NCBI GenBank assembly: GCA_043757545.1
Contig: JAYVPG010000069.1
Span: 9,427-73,426, forward strand
Origin: Pseudobdellovibrionaceae bacterium
GTDB lineage: Bacteria > Bdellovibrionota > Bdellovibrionia > Bdellovibrionales > UBA1609
DNA length: 64,000 nucleotides
Direction: 5' to 3'
The notes below the pieces were generated by a model. It was not told the origin of the DNA and made no database searches. It saw nothing but the letters and a program-made list of their open reading frames with translations. How positions within the stretch are numbered: the first letter of the stretch is position 1; every line of letters begins with the position of its first letter. The translations under genes were made by a program, and so were the position numbers. Positions 46,769 to 56,236 of this stretch are shown piece after piece.

Positions 46769-48442
46769 ATGCAAAAGCCGTGGTTCAAACACTATCCCCC
46801 TGGAGTGCCCCACACCATTGATCCGTCGCGCTTCGATTCGATCACTGATTTATTCGAAGAGAGTGTGCACCGCTATCGTGACAAAACAGCGTTTATGAAT
46901 ATGGGCGCGGAGCTGAGTTTCGAAGATTTAAATTACCTCTCTGCCGACTTTGCAGCATTTTTACAAAATGTCGCCAAGCTTAAAAAGGGCGATCGCATCG
47001 CACTGATGATGCCCAATCTCTTGCAATACCCCATCGTGATGTACGGCGCTTTGCGTGCGGGCTTAGTCATTGTGAATACCAATCCGCTTTACACCTCGCG
47101 CGAAATGAAAAATCAATTCAAGGACAGCGGCGCCAAAGCGATTGTTATTTTGGCGAACTCGGCCCACTGCTTAGCGGAAATTATTGACGAGACCGATATT
47201 GAGACAGTGGTGGTAACCGAGGTCGGAGATATGCTCGGATTTCCCAAGAGTCTGCTGGTCAATAGTGTTGTGAAATACGTGAAGAAGATGGTGCCCAGCT
47301 ACAATTTGCCGAATGCCTATTCTTTTTATGCGGCCATGGACCTTGGCGCGGACTGCAGCTTCAAGCCTGAGTCTTTAAAGGGCGACGACATCGCGTTTTT
47401 ACAATACACCGGCGGGACTACCGGCGTTTCAAAGGGTGCGGTTCTCACGCACGCGAATATTATCGCCAATATGCTACAAATTGGCGAATGGATGCGACCG
47501 CTTTTGATTGAGGGCGAAGAGATCGCCGTTTTGGCGTTGCCTCTTTATCATATTTTTTCGCTCACCGTGAACGCGCTGACCTTTCTGCATTTCGGCGGCG
47601 CCAACTTGATGATCACCAATCCACGCGACATCCCAGGCTTTATCAAAACCCTCAAGCAGCATAAATTTACTGTCTTCACTGGACTGAACACCCTCTACAA
47701 CGGACTGATGAATCATCCGGATTTTGCCAGTGTAGATTTCAGTAATTTAAAAATCAGCGTCGCCGGAGGGATGGCTTTGCAGCGTGCAGTTGCCGAACGG
47801 TGGGCGAAATTCACCGGCACTCCCCTGGTGGAGGGCTACGGCTTGACCGAAACTTCGCCCGTGGCCTCGTGCAATCCGATCGACGGGACGGATCGGGTGG
47901 GCACCATTGGCCTGCCTCTACCCTCGACCGATATGAAATTATGCGATGATTCCGGCCAAACCGTGAAGCAAGGTGACTCGGGTGAGATCTATATCTCTGG
48001 CCCGCAAGTCATGCGTGAGTATTGGAAACAGCCCGAAGAGACCGCCAACGTTATTACCCATGACCGCTGGCTAAAGACCGGCGACATAGGCATCTGCGAT
48101 ACAGAGGGATTCATTCGCATCGTCGACCGCAAGAAAGACATGATTTTGGTGTCTGGCTTTAACGTCTACCCAAATGAAATCGAAGATGTTGTCGCCCACC
48201 ACCCCAAGGTTCTCGAAGTTGCCGCCATTGGCGTACCGGACACAAAGTCGACAGAGGCTGTAAAAATTTTCGTGGTCCCGCGCGATCCTTCGCTGACCGT
48301 GGACGAGCTAATGGACTTCTGTAAACAAAATCTGACCGGATATAAGCTGCCGAAACATATCGAGTTTCGCAAGGAACTCCCCAAGAGCAATGTGGGTAAA
48401 ATCTTGCGCCGGGAGCTACGGCAGACAGAAGTCCCCACCTAG
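46769..48442 (+). CDS. fadD: Long-chain fatty acid-CoA ligase
   Basis: ATG 46769 with AAGGGAGAG upstream. N-terminus MQKPWFKHYPPGVP. AMP-binding motifs YTGGTTGVSKGA, GYGLTE, TGD and the C-terminal KLPK...GKILRREL. Confidence 0.9.
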   Translation: MQKPWFKHYPPGVPHTIDPSRFDSITDLFEESVHRYRDKTAFMNMGAELSFEDLNYLSADFAAFLQNVAKLKKGDRIALMMPNLLQYPIVMYGALRAGLVIVNTNPLYTSREMKNQFKDSGAKAIVILANSAHCLAEIIDETDIETVVVTEVGDMLGFPKSLLVNSVVKYVKKMVPSYNLPNAYSFYAAMDLGADCSFKPESLKGDDIAFLQYTGGTTGVSKGAVLTHANIIANMLQIGEWMRPLLIEGEEIAVLALPLYHIFSLTVNALTFLHFGGANLMITNPRDIPGFIKTLKQHKFTVFTGLNTLYNGLMNHPDFASVDFSNLKISVAGGMALQRAVAERWAKFTGTPLVEGYGLTETSPVASCNPIDGTDRVGTIGLPLPSTDMKLCDDSGQTVKQGDSGEIYISGPQVMREYWKQPEETANVITHDRWLKTGDIGICDTEGFIRIVDRKKDMILVSGFNVYPNEIEDVVAHHPKVLEVAAIGVPDTKSTEAVKIFVVPRDPSLTVDELMDFCKQNLTGYKLPKHIEFRKELPKSNVGKILRRELRQTEVPT

Positions 48443-48517
48443 ACGCTGCATTGCTCTTGCGGAATTCTTAAGGCGGCTGTAGAAGACGGCCACCCACTTT
48501 CCCATAAGGACTTTGCG

Positions 48518-49114
48518 ATGAAACTTTTAATCTTGGCTCTCACTCTCAGCTTCCAAACCCATGCCTTTGCCCAATCCGCAGAAGCTTCCGCGATTGCAGC
48601 GGTCAGCGGCGACGTCAAAAAATTAAGCGACATTCTTAAGATGGGTTCGGAGCCTGCCAAAATTCGCAGCCTCTGTCAGCTGGTCAAGACGCGTGTGGGT
48701 CTATCGACGATGGCTAGCGAACTTCTTGGATCGTTCGGGAAACTCTCACGTGATAACACCGGGATCAATCAGTTCGCGGCGCTCCTGCCTTCCATCATGG
48801 TTTCGGACTTTTACTCAATGCTCACCAGTGGTGCGGAATATTTTGTCGACGAAGCAAGCACAACTCGCCGCGGATCAGGCCGAATTGGCGTGCGCGTACA
48901 GTGGGGGAATAAACCTCTGGTCGTCGTCGTAAGCTCGCCCAACAATAAAATTCTCGACATCGAGTGGAACGGCGCAAGTCTGATCAAGACCAAACGCAGT
49001 GATTTTCAAAAAGATCTCTTGAACTACTTCAATGCGGACAAAGATCTCTCGATGCCAGTAACGCAATTGATTCAAGGCTTGAAGACCTCGGGCGCACTGG
49101 TTCGCTGCGACTAG
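48518..49114 (+). CDS. Secreted protein, possibly MlaC/Ttg2D-like lipid-binding
   Basis: Signal peptide MKLLILALTLSFQTHAFA. Loose resemblance to the MlaC block order (LLG....LS......F..L.......Y..., ...ILDIEWNGASLIKTKRSDF). Tentative. Confidence 0.35.
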   Translation: MKLLILALTLSFQTHAFAQSAEASAIAAVSGDVKKLSDILKMGSEPAKIRSLCQLVKTRVGLSTMASELLGSFGKLSRDNTGINQFAALLPSIMVSDFYSMLTSGAEYFVDEASTTRRGSGRIGVRVQWGNKPLVVVVSSPNNKILDIEWNGASLIKTKRSDFQKDLLNYFNADKDLSMPVTQLIQGLKTSGALVRCD

Positions 49115-49119
49115 AGTCT

Positions 49120-49950
49120 TTACAAAGTCAGTTCGAAAAATTCTAAAATTCGGCTCTGCTCACAGAGCCAGGTCTTTACGATGGTTGGGATGTGTCCCCA
49201 ATTGGATTCGATGACGAGCGATGGGTTCCAGGCATTTTTTAAAATGATCTGATTGCGCGTCGGCACTGTTCCATCGCTATTCGAAATCACCATGCCAAAA
49301 TGTTTAGGTAGCTTTGCCGGGTTTATTTCCAACGGTTCGAAGGGGATTACCTTTTTTAAAGCCACCTCGTACTCGTCAGTTGAACGAAAGCCATAGATTT
49401 TAAAACGCGCTGCTTTGGCATCGGCCAATATTTTCTGGTCAGACGTGGCAAGTAGAGTGGAAATCGGCGCTCCCCCGACGATGAGGAAAATAGAGTCGAT
49501 GCGATCCGTTCTTTGTTCGGCAATGGCCGCGTGTAAAGCCCCAACACTTGTGCCAAGAATACCGATTTTACGTTCCCAAGAATTGGCCAAAACTAAATCC
49601 AACGCCCTCTGAGCCCGCCGATAGTAGCGATCATGGATGGAAAGCTCAAGATTGTACTCCTGATCATCCGTCCATCGATTCACCACAAGCGAAGCAATAC
49701 CTCTTTTGCAAAACTCTTCCCCGTAAGACAGGTCAATCCGCGTCGTCCCGCCCGTGGGAGGAACCACAATCACCAACCTATCGGAAACTTTCGCAGGTAT
49801 ATACCTAGTGACCCCCACTTCAAAATCCACATCACGCAAGACTTCCACAGTCGCCACACAAGCTATCACATTCGGAACTGCAGTCGCCAGCGGCACAGCG
49901 AACAACCCAAACACAATCAAAACAATCATCGCATACTTTCTAAACGACAA
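49120..49950 (-). CDS. Membrane-anchored/secreted alpha/beta-hydrolase-like protein
   Basis: N-terminal hydrophobic anchor and nucleophile-elbow-like GTSVG (ILGTSVGALHAA). 276 aa. Confidence 0.45.
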   Translation of the reverse strand: MSFRKYAMIVLIVFGLFAVPLATAVPNVIACVATVEVLRDVDFEVGVTRYIPAKVSDRLVIVVPPTGGTTRIDLSYGEEFCKRGIASLVVNRWTDDQEYNLELSIHDRYYRRAQRALDLVLANSWERKIGILGTSVGALHAAIAEQRTDRIDSIFLIVGGAPISTLLATSDQKILADAKAARFKIYGFRSTDEYEVALKKVIPFEPLEINPAKLPKHFGMVISNSDGTVPTRNQIILKNAWNPSLVIESNWGHIPTIVKTWLCEQSRILEFFELTL

Positions 49951-50075
49951 AATTCACTATATTCATCTTCATCTTCGACGATTTTTCCAACCAATTCTCA
50001 AACCGTCCTACCACACGAAATTCAATTCCCCAAGTCCGCTAATTTGCGCCTCTTCGCACTGGCTTCAGTCACATT

Positions 50076-50220
50076 GATCGTCTCCGTCTCAGGGGGCTCA
50101 GTTCTTCACGCAGGGACTCGGGCAAGCGTGATGCGTTCGCGCCACCAGGCGCGATGCCGGCGAGGGCAAGGAGCCCGAGTCCCTGCGTGAAGAACTGAGC
50201 CGCCTGAGACGGAAACGATC
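50076..50220. repeat. 145-bp palindromic element: 48-bp inverted-repeat arms (46/48 complementary) around a 49-nt spacer
   Basis: Left arm, 50076-50123: GATCGTCTCCGTCTCAGGGGGCTCAGTTCTTCACGCAGGGACTCGGGC. The reverse complement of the right arm (50173-50220) is GATCGTTTCCGTCTCAGGCGGCTCAGTTCTTCACGCAGGGACTCGGGC. The spacer contains its own 7-bp hairpin, TCGCGCC-acca-GGCGCGA. It lies in a divergent intergenic region. Confidence 0.85.
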
Positions 50221-50299
50221 ACGAGAATGACGTCATACGCAGAGGCCTAAAAGAGCTCCGCATTTGACATTTCATTCCCCCAGTCTGGATAATATCCAA

Positions 50300-51700
50300 A
50301 TGGTAGAACTACGCGACTACAGCCCCTCTAAGAAAGCTCTGCAAATCAATTTGGACGACTCAATCTACGGCACGTTTGCTGAGATTGGGGCAGGACAAGA
50401 GGTCGCCCGTCATTTTTTCCAAGCGGGTCGGGCCTCGCACACCATCGCGAAGAGTATTTCGGCATATGACATGACTTTTAGTGACGAGATCTATGGCAAA
50501 GAAAGTCGCTATGTTTGCGAGCCTCGGCTGATCAAAATGCTCGATCATGAATTTACTCTTTTGCAAGAGCGTTTGACGGCCCAACGGGGGACGACGACTC
50601 GGTTTTTCGCATTTGCCAATACGGTTGCGACGGCTTCCCAGGATGATGGCATTAGCAAATCTCATGGCTGGATGGGGATTCGTTTTCAAGCGAAACCGGG
50701 TGGTGCGTTTAACGATATTATTTTGCATTTGAAATTATGGGATCGTTTTCGCTTGCAGCAGCAAGAGGCGTTGGGAATTTTGGGCGTCAATTTGGTGCAT
50801 ATGGCGTTTTTCCCTTCTGCAAAGCCCGAAGAGCGTATCGCGCAGCTGATCGACAGTCTGAATACCAAGCGCATCGAAGTGAATATGATTCGCTTCAATG
50901 GACCTGACGTGCATCATCTGGACAATCGAATGCTCAGTCTCGAGTTGGTGAAGCAACATCTGACAGAGGCCGTGCTATTCGCGCCGAATGGTGATGTTTT
51001 GCATGCCGCCGATGCGCTTTTTCGCCAGCCCGTTTTGATTCAACGGGGCACTTATCGGCCGGTGACCAACTCCGATGTGGAAATTCTAGATAAAGTCCAC
51101 GGCCAATTCAAAAAACATCCACTGGCCAAAGGTGTCGACCCGCGCGTGCTTTTTGAAGTCACAATTAACAACCTGTCACAAAAAGTAGAAGTTAACGATG
51201 AGGACTTTCTTCATCGCATCGATACGCTCTCTGCACTTGGACACGAAGTCTTGTTCTCGAACTTCAGGCTGTTTTATCATATGAAGAGCTTTTTGCGTCA
51301 GTGCACCTCCGAGATGATTGGTATCGTTGTCGGCGCATCGCTTCTGCCAAAAATGTTTGAAGAACAGTTTTATAAAGAGCTACCCGGTGGAATTTTAGAG
51401 GGTATGAGTCGCTTGTTCGATGACAACACTCGTGTCTTTGTCTTTCCTCATAAGACCGACAAACTTTGCTCGACGGCGCAGACTTTTTCACCCGAGCCGA
51501 AGCTTCAATATTTATACAAGCATTTGCTGGCCAACGATTGGATCACGGACGTTTTGCAATGCGACGATGTGGATGCGACGATTCAATCCGCCGAAGTCCG
51601 CAAAATGCTCGAGGCTCGTGATCCACGTTGGAAAAAATTAGTTCCTGAAAAAGCGCGGCGCTTGATTGAGGAACGCCAGCTTTTCGGTTACCGACCTTAG
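50300..51700 (+). CDS. Conserved-looking hypothetical protein (467 aa from ATG 50300)
   Basis: Long ORF with coding-like composition. TTG 50264 is an alternative start. The C-terminal tail IQSAEVRKMLEARDPRWKKLVPEKARRLIEERQLFG resembles the ISST.IR....G..W..LVP..V..YI....LY tail of NadD-type nucleotidyltransferases. The rest is unrecognised. Confidence 0.5.
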   Translation: MVELRDYSPSKKALQINLDDSIYGTFAEIGAGQEVARHFFQAGRASHTIAKSISAYDMTFSDEIYGKESRYVCEPRLIKMLDHEFTLLQERLTAQRGTTTRFFAFANTVATASQDDGISKSHGWMGIRFQAKPGGAFNDIILHLKLWDRFRLQQQEALGILGVNLVHMAFFPSAKPEERIAQLIDSLNTKRIEVNMIRFNGPDVHHLDNRMLSLELVKQHLTEAVLFAPNGDVLHAADALFRQPVLIQRGTYRPVTNSDVEILDKVHGQFKKHPLAKGVDPRVLFEVTINNLSQKVEVNDEDFLHRIDTLSALGHEVLFSNFRLFYHMKSFLRQCTSEMIGIVVGASLLPKMFEEQFYKELPGGILEGMSRLFDDNTRVFVFPHKTDKLCSTAQTFSPEPKLQYLYKHLLANDWITDVLQCDDVDATIQSAEVRKMLEARDPRWKKLVPEKARRLIEERQLFGYRP

Positions 51701-53166
51701 CGCGCGACGGTTTTTAGCCATTGCGCCAATCCTAAAACCGACTGCCCGCTGCCTCCGGCGTCTAAAAACGCACCTTCACTGGAATCTTTCCAAGCGTAAA
51801 TATCCAAATGAGCCCAAGGCAAATCGTGCACAAATTTTTCTAAGAACAATGCGGCAGTGACCGCCCCACCAAATCCATCGGTTGCATTGACCATATCGGC
51901 GAACGAAGACGTCAGTTGAGCCGCGTAACGTTTAAAGAGCGGCATGGCCCAGACCAAATCGCCCGCCTGCTGACCCGATGTCGCAAGTGCCTGGCTCAAG
52001 CGCGCATCGTTCGAAAACAATCCCGCAATATGCGAACCAAGCGCCACTTTAATTGCGCCGGTCAAAGTCGCCACATCAATCAGGTAGCGCGGCTTTTCGC
52101 TTTGCGTGGCGGCTACATCGAGTGCATCGGCCAAAACTAAGCGGCCCTCGGCATCGGTGTTGTGGATTTCAACGCTTTGACCGTTGCGCGAGGTCAAGAT
52201 ATCACTTGGGCGAAAACTATTCCCATTGATCGAGTTCTCCGCGAGAGCCAGGTAAATATCTAGCGGCGCGGAATAGCCCGTCAGCGTAGCCCAAAGACCA
52301 AGACCGACGAGCGCCGCCGAGCCTCCCATATCTTTTTTCATCAAGCGCATTCCCGCAGCAGGTTTGATATCCAAACCTCCGCTGTCAAAGGTGATGCCCT
52401 TACCGACAAAGGCAATCGGAGCTTTGCGCGCTTTGGCTGCGGGTCGATAACGGATATGCACCAGACGCGGAGGAGTGTCAGATCCCTGCCCCACCGCCAA
52501 GTGCAAACCCATGTTTTCTTTTGCTAGTCGTTTCTCGTCCCAAACCTCGACACTCACACCTTTGCGGCCCGCAAAAATGTTCTTAACGGCGTCCGCATAG
52601 GTCACCGGATTCAAAATATTCGGAGGCAAATTGACTAAGTGCCGCGCCAGATTGACCGCCACTCCACCGGCGACGGATTGCCCGATGGTTTTTTCCGAAA
52701 CTACTTTGCCTTTGTTGCGAATGCTGAGCCCAAGATTCGAAACTTCGCCCTTATAGGAGCGTTTGAAACGGTAGAGCGCGATCTCAAGTCCCAAAATCGC
52801 CGCCTCCAAAGCTGGAGGCTCTAAGTTAAAGTCATACTCCGCCCACATCACGTCCATTCGCTCCAACTGGCCAAGCGTCGCTCCGACCGCGTCTCGCATT
52901 CGAACCAAGGGGTTGGTTTTCAAGCGCGAGTCGTTTTCATTCTCGCTGCCCGAGAGCGGCGCTAGAAAAATCTCGATTCCATCTGCGCCTTCAACGGTGC
53001 GCGAGATCGCCTCACTCTTTTTGATCGCTGTGACGTGCACCCTAGCGAATTTCTGACCAACCTTGCGCTCACCCTGCAAGTGTTGCAGAAGCAATGATTC
53101 TAGGGAAAAACCCCATAATTTCGACGACGATTTTTTAGGCGCCTTTTTTTTCGATTTTGTGGCCAT
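51697..53166 (-). CDS. pepA: Leucyl aminopeptidase (M17)
   Basis: VGKGITFDSGG and NTDAEGRLVLAD metal-binding blocks. The N-terminus is Lys-rich. Confidence 0.9.
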   Translation of the reverse strand: MATKSKKKAPKKSSSKLWGFSLESLLLQHLQGERKVGQKFARVHVTAIKKSEAISRTVEGADGIEIFLAPLSGSENENDSRLKTNPLVRMRDAVGATLGQLERMDVMWAEYDFNLEPPALEAAILGLEIALYRFKRSYKGEVSNLGLSIRNKGKVVSEKTIGQSVAGGVAVNLARHLVNLPPNILNPVTYADAVKNIFAGRKGVSVEVWDEKRLAKENMGLHLAVGQGSDTPPRLVHIRYRPAAKARKAPIAFVGKGITFDSGGLDIKPAAGMRLMKKDMGGSAALVGLGLWATLTGYSAPLDIYLALAENSINGNSFRPSDILTSRNGQSVEIHNTDAEGRLVLADALDVAATQSEKPRYLIDVATLTGAIKVALGSHIAGLFSNDARLSQALATSGQQAGDLVWAMPLFKRYAAQLTSSFADMVNATDGFGGAVTAALFLEKFVHDLPWAHLDIYAWKDSSEGAFLDAGGSGQSVLGLAQWLKTVAR

Positions 53167-53181
53167 TGGCTCCCCTTATGT

Positions 53182-54198
53182 GTGAATCCCCGCTATAATA
53201 TTCACATGTACGGGGTTAGGCCAAATACTTTCAAAATCGTCCAGCTCAATGCCGAAAATCTTTTCCTATTTTTGGATGATTTAAACGCTCACGAATGGCG
53301 AAAGATGTCTGAAAAGGACTGGCAACGTCTGTCGAACTCGACTGTGACCAATAAGTCGTTGATCAAGAGTCTTTGGCTGGCCGAGAGCTTGCTCCATATC
53401 GCGCCCGATATCATCTGTATGAACGAGGTCGGAGGCCTAGAGTCGCTGACTATTTTTGCTCAGCATTTTTTGGGCGGCCAGTATGTCGCGCATATGATCG
53501 AGGGCAATTCAGATCGAGGCATCGACATCGGCTATCTGGTGCGCAAAGACTTTCCCCTGCGCGCCGAGTTGCACACGCATAAGGAACGCCCTCTGGGTTT
53601 TCAATACCCACATGAAGTTGGAACAGCTAAGAAAACTTTTTTCTCACGCGATTGCGCCGAGCTTCGCCTTTACAATGGCGCGAGCACCCGACCTGAGCTC
53701 GTACTTCTATTGGTACATTTGAAATCGAAGTTGGACCCCGAAAACATGGACCCCATGGGCCGCGAGCGGCGAAGAGCGGAATTCAATACGCTGGTCGACA
53801 TCTACAACGAGGTGCGAGCCGAATTCACACCCAAGGTTCCAGTCGCCATCGCCGGAGATTTCAACGGTTGTGCGCGCCCCGATCAGCTCAGTGAAGAATT
53901 TGAGAAACTTGGCACAACAGATTGGTCTAGCGTCGTTGAACTCGCCGGAATTTCCGATGAGAACGCCGCCACCCAAGTTCAATTCACGCGTGGGGGGAAA
54001 ATTAATTATCTGCAGATCGATTATATTTTTATCTCCCCAGAGCTAAAACCACATTTAGTTTTGGAGGCTGTTGGAGTCTATCGCTATCATAGCGATCTCA
54101 AGGTCGAGCTGAAACTGCCCAAGACTCTTGAGCAGCGCACGTATATGCCGTCAGATCACTATCCAGTGATCGCGACATTTAAAAGATTTTGGAAGTAG
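53182..54198 (+). CDS. Endonuclease/exonuclease/phosphatase (EEP) family protein
   Basis: IVQLNAENLF, CMNEVGG, GDFN and PSDHYPVIATF motifs. GTG 53182, or ATG 53206. Confidence 0.75.
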   Translation: MNPRYNIHMYGVRPNTFKIVQLNAENLFLFLDDLNAHEWRKMSEKDWQRLSNSTVTNKSLIKSLWLAESLLHIAPDIICMNEVGGLESLTIFAQHFLGGQYVAHMIEGNSDRGIDIGYLVRKDFPLRAELHTHKERPLGFQYPHEVGTAKKTFFSRDCAELRLYNGASTRPELVLLLVHLKSKLDPENMDPMGRERRRAEFNTLVDIYNEVRAEFTPKVPVAIAGDFNGCARPDQLSEEFEKLGTTDWSSVVELAGISDENAATQVQFTRGGKINYLQIDYIFISPELKPHLVLEAVGVYRYHSDLKVELKLPKTLEQRTYMPSDHYPVIATFKRFWK

Positions 54199-54201
54199 AG
54201 C

Positions 54202-54933
54202 TTATTTCTTCTTCGGAGGCGCCGACGGTGCATGTGTCGTCGCCTTACCCGCAGGCTTCACATCGACCAACTCGACGTCGAAAATCAAAACCGCATTGGG
54301 TGGAATGTTCTGTCGTGCGCGGTCTCCGTAGCCAAGCTGAGGCGGGACAAAAAATATGGCCTTCCCGCCCTTCTTAAGCAACTTCAACCCTTCCGTCCAT
54401 CCGGGAATTACACCATTCAAAGGAAACTCGGCTGGCGCGTTACGCTTGTAGCTCGAATCAAATTCTTTGCCGTCAATTAAAGTTCCCTTGTAGTTCACGA
54501 CTACGATGTCGTCGCCTTTAGGAGATGCGCCACTGCCCGGCGAAAGCATGTTGTACTGCAAACCACTCGTCGTTTCTTTCATCCCCTCGACCACGCGGTT
54601 GCGTGAAAGAAACTCGTCGGCTTCGATTTTGTTCTTCTCGGCCAAGACATGCATTTCTTTTTGCCGGTCTTCATTGAGCTTGAGCATTGCGTTTTGCATC
54701 TCTTCATCGGTCAACTCAAGTTTGCCATCGGCTTTCAGGCCGTCTTCAATCCCGTGGGCAACATGCTTGTCAACAAGATCCAGATTTTGCGCTCTTAAGC
54801 TCTTTCCAAATTGAGCGCCAATGGCATAGCTGACTTGATCCTTTTGGGATTTTGGTTTGCGCGAGCAGGCCGTGAAAATAAAGCTCAGAGCCAACAGAAT
54901 CACCCAAACAGCGCGCGATAGCTGCAAATTCAT
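54202..54933 (-). CDS. FKBP-type peptidyl-prolyl isomerase lipoprotein (FkpA/Mip-like)
   Basis: Lipobox LSFIFTAC. Helical dimerisation arm. FKBP core: VVVNYKGTLIDGKEFDSS...GVIPGWTEGL...IPPNAVLIFDVELV. Confidence 0.88.
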   Translation of the reverse strand: MNLQLSRAVWVILLALSFIFTACSRKPKSQKDQVSYAIGAQFGKSLRAQNLDLVDKHVAHGIEDGLKADGKLELTDEEMQNAMLKLNEDRQKEMHVLAEKNKIEADEFLSRNRVVEGMKETTSGLQYNMLSPGSGASPKGDDIVVVNYKGTLIDGKEFDSSYKRNAPAEFPLNGVIPGWTEGLKLLKKGGKAIFFVPPQLGYGDRARQNIPPNAVLIFDVELVDVKPAGKATTHAPSAPPKKK

Positions 54934-55019
54934 AGTTCCTCCGATAGGGAAATGTACATTAAATGCTATCCAGTCTAGCCCCTTGACACAAGCTCTTTAC
55001 TCACGCACTTTGACCCACC

Positions 55020-55403
55020 ATGTTCGAAGCAACCACTAGCAATATCTCGATTGAAGTTGAACCCTCCTATGTTCAAGAGCAGTCCGATCCGCTTCAATCC
55101 TATTATTTTTTTTCCTATCGCGTGCGCATTTCGAATAAAGGGAAATCGAAGATTCAACTGGTCAGTCGACACTGGATTATCACCGATGGTTTCGGTCAGG
55201 TCGAGGAAGTCGCAGGTCCGGGAGTGGTCGGCATGCAACCGACGCTTGGACCCGGCGAAAGTTTTGAATACGAGAGTTTTTGCCCTCTCGCTACCCCGAC
55301 TGGCTCGATGCAGGGCACGTTTTCCATGCTGGACGGCAAGGGCGACAAGATCGAGGTCCAGATCCCGATGTTTATTCTGGCCGAACCCAATCATTATCAC
55401 TGA
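55020..55403 (+). CDS. apaG: ApaG (DUF525) protein
   Basis: 127 aa. YFFSYRVRISNKG, SRHWIITDG..., GPGVVGMQPTLGPGESFEYES. Confidence 0.88.
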   Translation: MFEATTSNISIEVEPSYVQEQSDPLQSYYFFSYRVRISNKGKSKIQLVSRHWIITDGFGQVEEVAGPGVVGMQPTLGPGESFEYESFCPLATPTGSMQGTFSMLDGKGDKIEVQIPMFILAEPNHYH

Positions 55404-55473
55404 CCGGAATCCGACAGTAGCTTGACAGGACACTGACCCAATTCGTTAGGTGGCTTTGCTAAACTGAAGCCAT

Positions 55474-56232
55474 ATGATGTTGTGCGATTTTCATATTCAT
55501 TCCACCTTTAGCGACGGGCGAATGAGCATCCCCCAGCTGGTGGACTTTTACGGCTCACGCGGCTTTGGGGCCATTGCGATCACCGATCACCTTTGCGAGG
55601 AACACACATTCCTCGGCAGAACCGCACACTTTTTCGAGCGCACACTCACTCGCCGCAATTTCGATAAATACCTAGAAACGATCGCCGAACAAGCCGAGCG
55701 AGCGTGGAAGAAATATCGCATGCTCGTAATTCCCGGCTATGAACTCACCAAAAACGCCATCGTCAATCATCGCTCCGCCCATATCGTTGTTGTGGGTTGC
55801 AATCAGTATTTGAGCGCCGATCAGGATATCGAAATACTACTGAAACAAGTGCGCAGCCACGGCGCGCTTTCGATCGCAGCCCATCCGGTGAACACCGGAG
55901 CCTTTGAGGCACAGACGTATTTTCTGTGGTCCAGACGCGAGGAACTCAAACACTATTTCGACGCCTGGGAAGTGGCCTCGGGAGCAAAACTTTTTGATCA
56001 GGTTCTGCACAGCGGACTACCGATGATCGCGAACTCAGACCTACACCATCCACGACAAATTAATTCTTGGAAAACCAAGCTCAGTTGTGAGCGCAGCAAA
56101 GACGCGGTTTTTGACGCCATTCGCAATCAAGATGTTGAATTTGTTTACTACGCCGACTCAGTTTCATTGGCGCAAAATATTCTTAGCGGTTTAAAAATTT
56201 CTTGTACTCCTATGAAAAAGGCGCAAGCGTAA
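55474..56232 (+). CDS. PHP-domain metal-dependent phosphoesterase
   Basis: N-terminal CDFHIHSTFSDG and further His-rich PHP blocks (AITDH, AAHP, SDLHH). Confidence 0.75.
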   Translation: MMLCDFHIHSTFSDGRMSIPQLVDFYGSRGFGAIAITDHLCEEHTFLGRTAHFFERTLTRRNFDKYLETIAEQAERAWKKYRMLVIPGYELTKNAIVNHRSAHIVVVGCNQYLSADQDIEILLKQVRSHGALSIAAHPVNTGAFEAQTYFLWSRREELKHYFDAWEVASGAKLFDQVLHSGLPMIANSDLHHPRQINSWKTKLSCERSKDAVFDAIRNQDVEFVYYADSVSLAQNILSGLKISCTPMKKAQA

Positions 56233-56236
56233 TCGG

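Noticed and set aside
49633-50190. A 185-aa plus-strand ORF spanning the alpha/beta-hydrolase 5' end and the left part of the 145-bp hairpin element.
   Set aside because: It is antisense to a better-supported gene for most of its length. Its His/Arg/Ser/Pro-rich composition is unlike real proteins. It ends inside the palindrome.
53120-53166. An A8 tract and a Lys-rich N-terminal extension (MATKSKKKAPKKSSSK) on the pepA gene. This could be a slippage site or a mis-called start.
   Set aside because: There is no alternative in-frame start with a better context nearby, and the same frame continues into canonical M17 sequence. It cannot be resolved without ortholog alignment.
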